DNA of 33,816 nt from Candidatus Nitromaritima sp. (lineage in GTDB: Bacteria > Nitrospinota > Nitrospinia > Nitrospinales > VA-1), in contig JBGTUV010000002.1 in assembly GCA_041938985.1 (NCBI GenBank), positions 1 through 33,816 on the forward strand, given 5' to 3'. The notes beneath the pieces were generated by a model. The model saw only the letters and a program-made list of their open reading frames with translations, did not search any database and had not been told where the DNA came from. Both the position numbers and the translations under genes were made by a program. This document shows, one piece after another, positions 26,661 to 33,816 of this stretch (position 1 is its first letter; each line of letters opens with the position of its first letter).

Positions 26661-26775
26661 TTTGCATTTAGAACAATGCTGTTCCTAAACAACTAGTTGT
26701 GCAATCAGTTATTTACAACTGACCTCAATTATATAAATCGGGGAGAATCACGAAGTTATCAGAATTTCTGCAAAC

Positions 26776-29700
26776 TCAAAATGCATCATCAAATTTTCTA
26801 GCTCTTCTTAAGCTAAATAGGGGCAGATAAATTAGTATTCCTACAAAAGAAAAAAGCAGACCGCCTATAGTCCCCGCTCCTAGGGCAAACCAAAAAACTT
26901 CATTCTGCCCGTCAGCCACAAAGGGTATAAAACCGAGAATGGTAGAGATAATGGTAAGTGAAATTGGGAATATCTTCTGCCTGAAGGCTTTTATATAAGC
27001 TGAGAGTCCATCCATACCGGTCTTTCGCAAAAAGTTGAAATCATTTATAATAAATATAGATGCATTGACAGTGAGTCCACTAAGCAAAACAAAACTGGCC
27101 AAACCGCCTTGATCAAAATTATAATCAAACCAGTAAAAGGTCAAAAACACCCCAATAAAAGAAATGGGAATCACGCTTAAAATTATAAATGGCTGCGTAA
27201 AGCTTTCGAAAAGTGTTGCGCAAAGCAGGTATATTATGGCAATAACCAAAAGAAGCAGCCAAGTATATTGCGAGGTTTCCTCTGTTTTGAAAAAACTTAG
27301 ACTCCTCTGGCTACGCTCAAAGGTAAAACCAATGGGTAATGTAGGATTAATACTGTCTAGGGTCTTGCTCAAAAATCGGCTTCCGAATTTTGCAGCACCA
27401 GTATATTGAAATTTTATTTTTCTCAGATATTCCTGATTCTCTTTATCGATATTCTCTTGCTCTTTTACCTTTACCACCGTTCCTACATTGGCGAAGCGTT
27501 TTGGGAAATCAAGACTGTCCATTGGGTTGTTCTTAATATTCCAAAGGTCAAAGTCATAAGCCCTTGTAGATTCAAAACGCAAGGGATAGTTTTGCCCTGC
27601 CAATGTTAAATTAAGATCTGTGTTCTTTTGCAAGCTAACATCTTGTAGTTGCCGCATAAAACGCTGTGGCGAACTGCCTTGCAATGCCAGGGCCTGTTTG
27701 TCTAAGCTAAACTGATATTCATAACCGGACTTTCTTGAAAAGTCACTATTGTCAGTGATTTGGGCTTCCTGTATACGGGGATGTGCCTCTAGTGCTTCCT
27801 TTAATTGCAGAGCTAATTCACTTAATTTTTCATAATTGTAGCCTCTAGCCTGTACCGAATAATTATTGATAGCCCCAACAGCATTACTGTTGTTAAAGCC
27901 TTGTCCAACACCGTAAATACTCCATTCTAGGCCGCCAAAATCTAAGGCTTTTCTAATTAATCTGGCCTTTAGTTGATTAGGAAATGCTGTGTTTACAAAA
28001 TCCTCTTTAAAGGTTATTTCCATACGGGCGTAATCTCCACTATATACATTGGTCACATACCTATCCACTTCGACCATTGGACTCAAATAATTCTCCAAAC
28101 CAAGAAAAACCTCATTCATTTGATGCACTGTGGCTCCTTTTTCCATGCTGCCTATAACATAAAGTTTTGTCTCTTCGTTACGGCTGTAAAAGGCATTCTC
28201 ATAAACGAAGTACGAAAAGAGTCTGAAACTACCCCCTAGATATTTGTCAACAGAAGGCCGTATATGCTCTAAATACCACTCATTACCCAGTGTATTGTTA
28301 TACGCTTTTTGGTACCAGGTTTGATTGCTCTCTAATTGTTTTGGAAGCATAAAGAAAGGCACACCAAAGATCAGGATGAGCAAGATGATAGCCACTTTCT
28401 TATACCCGAGTAAGAACCGTAGTAAATTTGCATATTTTGGATAGAACCAGACCGAGAATCTCTCAATCGCTACATTTTTTTGCTTTGTCTTGTATGCGAT
28501 CCGCTTTAGAATCGCGGGCACCATATAAAATGCAATTACCAAGGAGACGCCAAGGTTTATACTTATAACTTTAGCAAAGTCTATCAAATTTAGTTTGTAC
28601 TCATCATCCAGAAAGTTGATTACGCTCAAAGCACCCATTGTAGTTAAGGTTGAGGCCAATATGGGAATAATGATTTTTTTGTTTCCCTGCATTCTGAGGT
28701 GATCTGTCATTACGATAATATTGTCAATGATAATGCCTAAAGAAATTGTTATTCCCGCCAGAGAATACAACTGAATCTCCACCCTGAATAAATAATAGAA
28801 TACAAAAGCAATACAAATATTTGCGACCAGGCAGATAACCACCGTAAAGAGATATCGCAAAGACAAGCTCACCAAACCTATGAACAATAGTAGGATTATG
28901 AGGGTGTAAATACTGCGCTTATAGATCTTACTTAGTTCTTCCTGTAGGTATGTGGTACTGTCGTAATCTTTTACGATTGTATAGTCTGATGGCAGTGTTT
29001 TCTGAATCTCATCCAACAGTAGGACAACCTCTTTTGCAAGGGCGATAGTGTTTGCGTCTTTGGTCGCGTTCAAACCAATAGTGATGGCATTTTTACCATT
29101 GACACGGTAATAGCTTCTGGCTTCTTGTTCCTGCTTGCGTATCTGAGATATCTCATCGAGGTAAACTATCTTTCCTCCAACCTCAGTTAAGGGAATATGC
29201 CATTGTAATTGCTGCGGCCCAGGTTTAACCACCACGTTGAATTCCAGCATACTTTGATGCACCTTTCCTATCGAAACTCGTTCGAACAGGCGGTCTACTG
29301 CAAAGACAAGCTGCTGCTTCCCTATATTTAAGGCCCTTAATTTATCATTGTTAAAACTAATAAGGAACTCTAAAGGATTGGCACCATTAACGTTCACTTG
29401 ATCAATGCCACTCAAAGAACCGATCTGGGGAACAATACGCGCACTTACTGTCTCTTGTATCTCCAAACGAGAACGCGGGGCATTAACACTATAAGATAAA
29501 AAAACACCTTGTTGATCATCATCCGGGCGGTTAACACTGATCACAGGATAACTACAGTTAACCGGAAAGCTTTTATACAATTGCCGTATCACAGTGGCTA
29601 CTTCGAAACGAGCTATGTCTATATCGGCATATTTATCAAAACTGATCTGTACATATCCTCTAGATTTCGAAGACCTTGAACTTATCTTTTCTATATTCCG

Positions 29701-29904
29701 AAGGGTACTAAAACCACCTTCCAAGGTAGCTGTGATCTGCTGTTCGACAGATTTAGAAGATGCCCCAGGCCAACTGTAATCAACACGTATAGAAGGAGGT
29801 GTTTTACTTGGGTTTAAGCGCAATGACAAACGCGAAGCCAAACCGAGACCTATTATGGTCAAGACCATAATAACAACTAATATTTTAAAGGAAGAAAACT
29901 TCAA
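26776..29904 (-). CDS. RND efflux transporter permease subunit (AcrB superfamily), no adjacent adaptor or outer membrane factor
   Basis: 1042 aa. Two periplasmic loop/TM cluster halves. TM4-like motif GIIIDNIIVMTDHL. TTG start inferred, as there is no in-frame ATG near the N-terminus. Confidence 0.88.
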   Translation of the reverse strand: MKFSSFKILVVIMVLTIIGLGLASRLSLRLNPSKTPPSIRVDYSWPGASSKSVEQQITATLEGGFSTLRNIEKISSRSSKSRGYVQISFDKYADIDIARFEVATVIRQLYKSFPVNCSYPVISVNRPDDDQQGVFLSYSVNAPRSRLEIQETVSARIVPQIGSLSGIDQVNVNGANPLEFLISFNNDKLRALNIGKQQLVFAVDRLFERVSIGKVHQSMLEFNVVVKPGPQQLQWHIPLTEVGGKIVYLDEISQIRKQEQEARSYYRVNGKNAITIGLNATKDANTIALAKEVVLLLDEIQKTLPSDYTIVKDYDSTTYLQEELSKIYKRSIYTLIILLLFIGLVSLSLRYLFTVVICLVANICIAFVFYYLFRVEIQLYSLAGITISLGIIIDNIIVMTDHLRMQGNKKIIIPILASTLTTMGALSVINFLDDEYKLNLIDFAKVISINLGVSLVIAFYMVPAILKRIAYKTKQKNVAIERFSVWFYPKYANLLRFLLGYKKVAIILLILIFGVPFFMLPKQLESNQTWYQKAYNNTLGNEWYLEHIRPSVDKYLGGSFRLFSYFVYENAFYSRNEETKLYVIGSMEKGATVHQMNEVFLGLENYLSPMVEVDRYVTNVYSGDYARMEITFKEDFVNTAFPNQLKARLIRKALDFGGLEWSIYGVGQGFNNSNAVGAINNYSVQARGYNYEKLSELALQLKEALEAHPRIQEAQITDNSDFSRKSGYEYQFSLDKQALALQGSSPQRFMRQLQDVSLQKNTDLNLTLAGQNYPLRFESTRAYDFDLWNIKNNPMDSLDFPKRFANVGTVVKVKEQENIDKENQEYLRKIKFQYTGAAKFGSRFLSKTLDSINPTLPIGFTFERSQRSLSFFKTEETSQYTWLLLLVIAIIYLLCATLFESFTQPFIILSVIPISFIGVFLTFYWFDYNFDQGGLASFVLLSGLTVNASIFIINDFNFLRKTGMDGLSAYIKAFRQKIFPISLTIISTILGFIPFVADGQNEVFWFALGAGTIGGLLFSFVGILIYLPLFSLRRARKFDDAF

Positions 29905-30016
29905 GTTGGTTAAGAATTACCATTGTAGGGAGAGGCTTAAATTAAACAAAATGGTGGTTATTTGCCTTAACAACTACGAAATATAAAGAATATCAATTAA
30001 GCAGGATGTTCTAAAA

Positions 30017-30481
30017 TTATAGTGCTCGTTTGTCTAAATACATTTTTGCTTCTTCAATTTTAAAGTCGCTTATGTTCAGATGATAAATGCATTTACCATC
30101 TTTCATATCAACAATCATTGGTTTGGAAAAACCTGTTTCATATTGTGATATCACAAACTTATCATCAACTAAAATGTTATCATACAAATCATACAAATTT
30201 TGAATTTGTAATACCCTTTCCGTATCAAAAGTTTCACCAACTAAGATTAGCTGTACATTGTATTTTGTACTACTTAACAAACCTATATTTAACTTTATGC
30301 AGTTATCACAGCCGTTGATTGGAAGCAAAAAATAAATATTCTCTCCCTCTAAATTGTCAACTTGAAGTTCTTGTGTTAAGTAAGCAGTAAAATCTTCACA
30401 GTAAGCATAAGCACCTTCATTTTTACAAGAAACCAATATCTGGTTAAAAATTAATATGAGTAAAAATGTTCTCGCTCTCAT
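30017..30481 (-). CDS. CxxC-motif lipoprotein (thioredoxin-like?), paralog B
   Basis: 154 aa with lipobox ILVSC. CDNC motif in IYFLLPINGCDNCIKL. It aligns with 20546-21031 and overlaps the upstream gene by 38 nt. Confidence 0.65.
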   Translation of the reverse strand: MRARTFLLILIFNQILVSCKNEGAYAYCEDFTAYLTQELQVDNLEGENIYFLLPINGCDNCIKLNIGLLSSTKYNVQLILVGETFDTERVLQIQNLYDLYDNILVDDKFVISQYETGFSKPMIVDMKDGKCIYHLNISDFKIEEAKMYLDKRAL

Positions 30482-31610
30482 CTTCGATATTTTTAGAGTT
30501 TATCAATATACCAGAAGGTGTTGGTGTTACGGCAAAAAAGGTAAATGCTGATCCATCGAAAGCCATTTCGCCAATTTTAATCATGTTCTCATCAAAAGCG
30601 ATAATTGAGAAACTCCTGTTAAAAGTTGGGTTATTTAATCTATTGGTTAACGGATTCTTTAAGGGTTGTTCATGTACAACCACTCTGTAAAATCTATTCG
30701 ATTCCTCCTCGTACATAAGCCGATTATACGACCCATTGGTTGTTATAAAGCTGATATACTTTTGGGCATCTCGCTTTCTTGGTAATTTTTCAAAAGTGTT
30801 TAAAAAATTACTCTTGCCGTCAAAAACCCCTACTAAACTGTCATTATTTGCCTGATACTTATAAATGTTGTGATCGTATTTCATAGACAAAAAATAGATC
30901 CCTTTATCAAAAAAGGGAATGTAGCTTAAATTGTAATTATTGGGTCTTAAAAAATCTTGATTCGCGTATTGGTCTGGCCATTCCCCGAATGATTCTAAAA
31001 AATTCTCGCTCTCCAGATTAAATTTTCTTGCAAAAGCCTTTTTGTAAAATTCCTTATCAGAATCAAAATTGTAAGGTGGAAATGTTCTAAAATGAATATT
31101 CTTGTTTGTAAGATCGAAATGAAATGAATATGAATCAACAGTTGTAATTTCGAAAAAGTCATCAGTTTGTCCACTTTCATATACATCATTGATATTCCAT
31201 ATCTTCTTAATAACTCCCTTGCTATTTATTAAGCAGAGTTTGGCATTTTTATTCGAGAAAAGGAAAATAGAATCCAGATTCACAGCTAAAAAATCACCAA
31301 ATTCCAATTTGCGCTTTAGGAATTGGTCCGTATTGTAAAAATCTAGAATGGTGTCAATTTTCTTTGCTGTGAGATTGACAAGTTCCAACTTCTGTTGCGA
31401 GGTATTAAGCGTAATAAAATACAGGGAGTCCTTTTGACGCAGCACCTTCTTAGATTTCCCCGTGCCTAAATAATTCCAATCTTTTATTGAAAAGGTATCT
31501 GTACTTAATTTTTCAAGCTTTTGATTCTCCTTATAATCTATTCCAACTTCTTTAGAGTTTCGGGAACAAGAAAAAAGGATAATTACCAGTGAAATAAACC
31601 AAATCTTCAT
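30444..31610 (-). CDS. DUF4221-like beta-propeller-type lipoprotein
   Basis: 388 aa with lipobox ILFSC. C-terminal block FSIIAFDENMIKIGEMAF. Same length class as 21006-22151 and 32116-33282. Confidence 0.7.
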   Translation of the reverse strand: MKIWFISLVIILFSCSRNSKEVGIDYKENQKLEKLSTDTFSIKDWNYLGTGKSKKVLRQKDSLYFITLNTSQQKLELVNLTAKKIDTILDFYNTDQFLKRKLEFGDFLAVNLDSIFLFSNKNAKLCLINSKGVIKKIWNINDVYESGQTDDFFEITTVDSYSFHFDLTNKNIHFRTFPPYNFDSDKEFYKKAFARKFNLESENFLESFGEWPDQYANQDFLRPNNYNLSYIPFFDKGIYFLSMKYDHNIYKYQANNDSLVGVFDGKSNFLNTFEKLPRKRDAQKYISFITTNGSYNRLMYEEESNRFYRVVVHEQPLKNPLTNRLNNPTFNRSFSIIAFDENMIKIGEMAFDGSAFTFFAVTPTPSGILINSKNIEDESENIFTHINF

Positions 31611-31617
31611 ATAGTAA

Positions 31618-31647
31618 ATTAAAAAAGGAAGAATACTCTTCCTTTTA
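31618..31647 (-). terminator. hairpin plus T-tract directly after small peptide gene
   Basis: Stem AGGAAGA/TCTTCCT (31626-31632 / 31637-31643) with a 4-nt loop, extendable by A/T pairs. The minus strand continues TTTTTTAATTT. It ends ~10 nt before the next ATG (31610). Confidence 0.5.
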
Positions 31648-31686
31648 CTTGTAATTAAATTCTTTTAGTCAATGCATTAAAGAATG

Positions 31687-31920
31687 TTATTGGTTTGTAC
31701 GAAACTGATAACATATCCAAGTAGTGATATCACAAAGATCACCCACACCTCCACACATATATCTATACCCCGAAAAGCACTCTTCAGTTTCTTGAATAAC
31801 TTCAGTATTACCTCTCAAACTACGCGAAGAAGTATCTTTTGCGTTGATACTATCCAGATTTAGTATTGACGGTGCAAACAAAAAGGCGAATACGATTGCG
31901 AATAATACATTTTTTTTCAT
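31687..31920 (-). CDS. small secreted 4-Cys peptide (P3)
   Basis: 77 aa. Signal MKKNVLFAIVFAFLFAPSILNLDSINA. The mature part has C-x7-C-x6-C-x6-C (ECFSGYRYMCGGVGDLCDITTWICY). It leads an operon. Confidence 0.6.
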   Translation of the reverse strand: MKKNVLFAIVFAFLFAPSILNLDSINAKDTSSRSLRGNTEVIQETEECFSGYRYMCGGVGDLCDITTWICYQFRTNQ

Positions 31921-32010
31921 AATTATGATTTAAGCACCTACTCTATCCAAGGCTTTTCGGTTTACGCCTACAATTAAACCTTGAATGTAAGTATGGTTGA
32001 ATAATTAATA

Positions 32011-32027
32011 TTGCACTTTTAGTGCAA
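32011..32027. promoter_or_regulatory. shared 17-nt motif, perfect palindrome TTGCACTTTTAGTGCAA, in divergent intergenic region
   Basis: Perfect 6-5-6 inverted repeat, ~90 nt from the P3 ATG (31920) and ~88 nt from the ATG of the divergent gene (32116). Confidence 0.6.
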
Positions 32028-32115
32028 TTTTAATATGCAAGTGAGTTGTACCTTTAACATATAAAATTGGTTACTGAGATGTTCAACCCACTTTTCGTTT
32101 TTTTATCTACTTCAT

Positions 32116-33282
32116 ATGCAAACGAAAATTCTAATTATTCTGGGGGTATTTCTCATTGCCTTATTCGGTTGTAATAGTAAATCTGAGTCTACTAAAAAAC
32201 CCATTGATGGGGAGCCAATAGCCAACATTTCATCTGTAGTTCGGGATACCTTAAGCATAAAACTAAAGCCTGAACTCAGTCAATATTATAACACCACGGC
32301 ATTTGACAGTAAATCAAGTTTGTATTACGGCTATAACGAGGTCAAACACGCTATAGATATCTTCAATTTCGAGAGTGAAGCCTATGTAAGAAGCATACAA
32401 TTAGAAATAGAAGGGCCAAATTCAGTGCAACCCTTTAACGAAATCACAGTCGTAAATGACACTATTTTTCTAATTGGATATTTTTACTTTACCGTAATGG
32501 ATGCTGATGGCAATATAAAGAGGAAAATTCCAATAAACAGTAATTCAGATAAACCTTATTATTTGAACCATTTCCTATATCCTGATAAAGATAATGGATT
32601 GATCTACCAAAGGGAAACGGGTAAATTTTTCATCAAAAATGCCAATATGCAGGTATCCAAACAAAAGGACGTTAAAGGTTTTTTTAGATCCTTCAAAGTT
32701 TTAGGGGAATACGACCTAAAAAACGATGAGGCAAAAATTTTGGATATTGGTTTTCCTGAGGCATACTTAGAAAAGGATTTTGGTTTTAATGAGATCGTCT
32801 TTGCAGATAGCGATAACAAGAATATTTATCTAGTCTATTCTGGACTACCAGAGCTACAGGTTTACAACATAGCCTCTGGTGAAACGACAAACTATGAACT
32901 ATCTACAGAAGGATTGGAAGATGTCAATATGAACTACAAAAAAATCAGTGATGCAGGGGCAGATATGACCGATATTAGCAATCTACTCAACGCATACATA
33001 TTTAACTCTAATTACGGGCCTATCTTTGTTAACAACACAATAATTGCACGTGTATATCAAGGAGCAGTGCCAGAAAGTGTTCCGGTTTACGAAGCAAATA
33101 AGCATCCCAAAAAATCTGCAGTTCAGTTATTTGATAAAGGGAGCTTGCAGCTATTAAAAAACATTGATCTAGGATTTACAATCACGTTTTCGGGCATTTA
33201 TTTGCAGGGTAACACCATGTATTTTCAAACACTATCAGAAAACGAAGACGAGCTTCAATTTATTCGTCTGACCTGGGACTAA
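32116..33282 (+). CDS. DUF4221-like beta-propeller-type lipoprotein (only plus-strand gene)
   Basis: 388 aa with lipobox ALFGC. C-terminal block AVQLFDKGSLQLLKNIDL and terminal acidic stretch SENEDELQFIRL, as in the paralogs. Confidence 0.7.
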   Translation: MQTKILIILGVFLIALFGCNSKSESTKKPIDGEPIANISSVVRDTLSIKLKPELSQYYNTTAFDSKSSLYYGYNEVKHAIDIFNFESEAYVRSIQLEIEGPNSVQPFNEITVVNDTIFLIGYFYFTVMDADGNIKRKIPINSNSDKPYYLNHFLYPDKDNGLIYQRETGKFFIKNANMQVSKQKDVKGFFRSFKVLGEYDLKNDEAKILDIGFPEAYLEKDFGFNEIVFADSDNKNIYLVYSGLPELQVYNIASGETTNYELSTEGLEDVNMNYKKISDAGADMTDISNLLNAYIFNSNYGPIFVNNTIIARVYQGAVPESVPVYEANKHPKKSAVQLFDKGSLQLLKNIDLGFTITFSGIYLQGNTMYFQTLSENEDELQFIRLTWD

Positions 33283-33454
33283 ACAAATCTCTAAAAACTC
33301 CACAATTCAATTAGGATGGGATTCTTATAACGAATTAATTTTATGGCCTTCGGCCAATTGCGTTTTTTTGTTTTTCCACCTTAAAAGCAAGCTTTTTCGT
33401 TCAAAACAAAAAAAGCATTTCACTTTCGCGAAAAAATTGACTCGATACGACAAG

Positions 33455-33560
33455 GACGGGATTCATTTTTGCTTCGCAAAAATGGTCCGCAGGGGTGGTC
33501 CTGCAATAAAGTGGACCCTTACCTCCTGCTTGCAGCAGGAGAAGTCTTTTTTTGTTTCCT
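33455..33560 (+). repeat. structured tandem repeat unit 1 (candidate small RNA with its own terminator)
   Basis: 106 nt. Hairpin CATTTTTGC-TTC-GCAAAAATG. Conserved core GGGGTGGTCCTGCAATAAAGTGGACCC. Terminator CTCCTGC-TTGCA-GCAGGAG followed by AAGTCTTTTTTTGTTT. Confidence 0.6.
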
Positions 33561-33602
33561 ACGCCTCAAAAGCATCACCATAATTAATAAGTAGACCTAA
33601 TG

Positions 33603-33710
33603 GACGGGATTGTTTTTTCACTTCGTGAAAAAACGTTTACAGGGGTGGTCCTGCAATAAAGTGAACCCTTACCTCTTGCTTGCAGCAGGAGAAGTCTTTT
33701 TTTGTTTCCT
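33603..33710 (+). repeat. structured tandem repeat unit 2
   Basis: 108 nt. The first hairpin is rewritten as GTTTTTTCAC-TTC-GTGAAAAAAC, with compensatory changes relative to unit 1. Same core and terminator (one G-U wobble). Confidence 0.6.
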
Positions 33711-33739
33711 GCTTTTAAAAAGTACTAGCTAAATTTAGA

Positions 33740-33816
33740 GACGGGATTCATTTTTGCTTCACAAAAATGGTCCGCAGGGGTGGTCCTGCAATAAAGTGGA
33801 CCCTTACCTCCTGCTT
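33740..33816 (+). repeat. structured tandem repeat unit 3 (truncated by window end)
   Basis: Near-identical to unit 1 up to the 5' arm of the terminator, where the window ends. Confidence 0.55.

Noticed and set aside
33368-33583. 71-aa plus-strand ORF across the repeat region
   Set aside because: It spans hairpins and a terminator of the repeat units and has low-complexity, Lys/Phe-rich content. It is not preserved in the other repeat copies, so it is most likely spurious.
33455-33816. CRISPR array interpretation of the terminal repeats
   Set aside because: The repeats are ~106 nt, far longer than CRISPR repeats, and the spacers (29-42 nt) are shorter than the repeats. The repeats diverge with compensatory changes and each ends in a terminator. 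No cas genes are present in the window.

Overview
The window looks like a Bacteroidota (Flavobacteriia/Cytophagia-like) chromosomal accessory region. This is inferred from the many lipoprotein-type signal sequences, DUF4221-like, DUF1573-like and BF3164-like proteins, a TolC-like N-terminus and the absence of obvious Shine-Dalgarno sites. All genes but one lie on the minus strand and no transposase or integrase is visible. (1) 135-1919 holds a small glycine-zipper protein and a membrane-anchored AraC-family regulator. (2) 2222-13102 holds two tandem, diverged copies of a four-gene regulatory cassette. Each copy encodes a ~1040-aa sigma-54 activator (multi-PAS + GAF + AAA+ + Fis HTH), a ~130-aa unknown protein, a PAS histidine-kinase-like protein with degenerate ATP-binding boxes, and a stand-alone receiver. 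Each copy also has a paired ACGG-N4-CCGT palindrome and a -24/-12-type promoter in front of the three small genes. (3) 13647-33282 is the most unusual part. Three operons each begin with one or two small Sec-signal, Cys-containing peptide genes (64-77 aa). These are followed by beta-propeller-like lipoproteins (five paralogs in total), two paralogous ~150-aa CxxC lipoproteins, a dedicated signal peptidase I, a DUF1573 protein, an orphan LuxR-type response regulator and two RND efflux systems (one complete MFP/RND/TolC set, one lone permease). All three peptide-led operons carry the same 17-nt motif, TTGCAC-N5-GYGCAA, upstream. No recognised RiPP or bacteriocin maturation enzymes are present, so I read this as a candidate undescribed peptide secretion or maturation system. 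(4) 33455-33816 is a tandem array of at least three ~106-nt structured units. Each ends in an intrinsic terminator, and compensatory changes preserve one hairpin, which suggests a multicopy small RNA. All family assignments come from motifs read by eye and need HMM confirmation.
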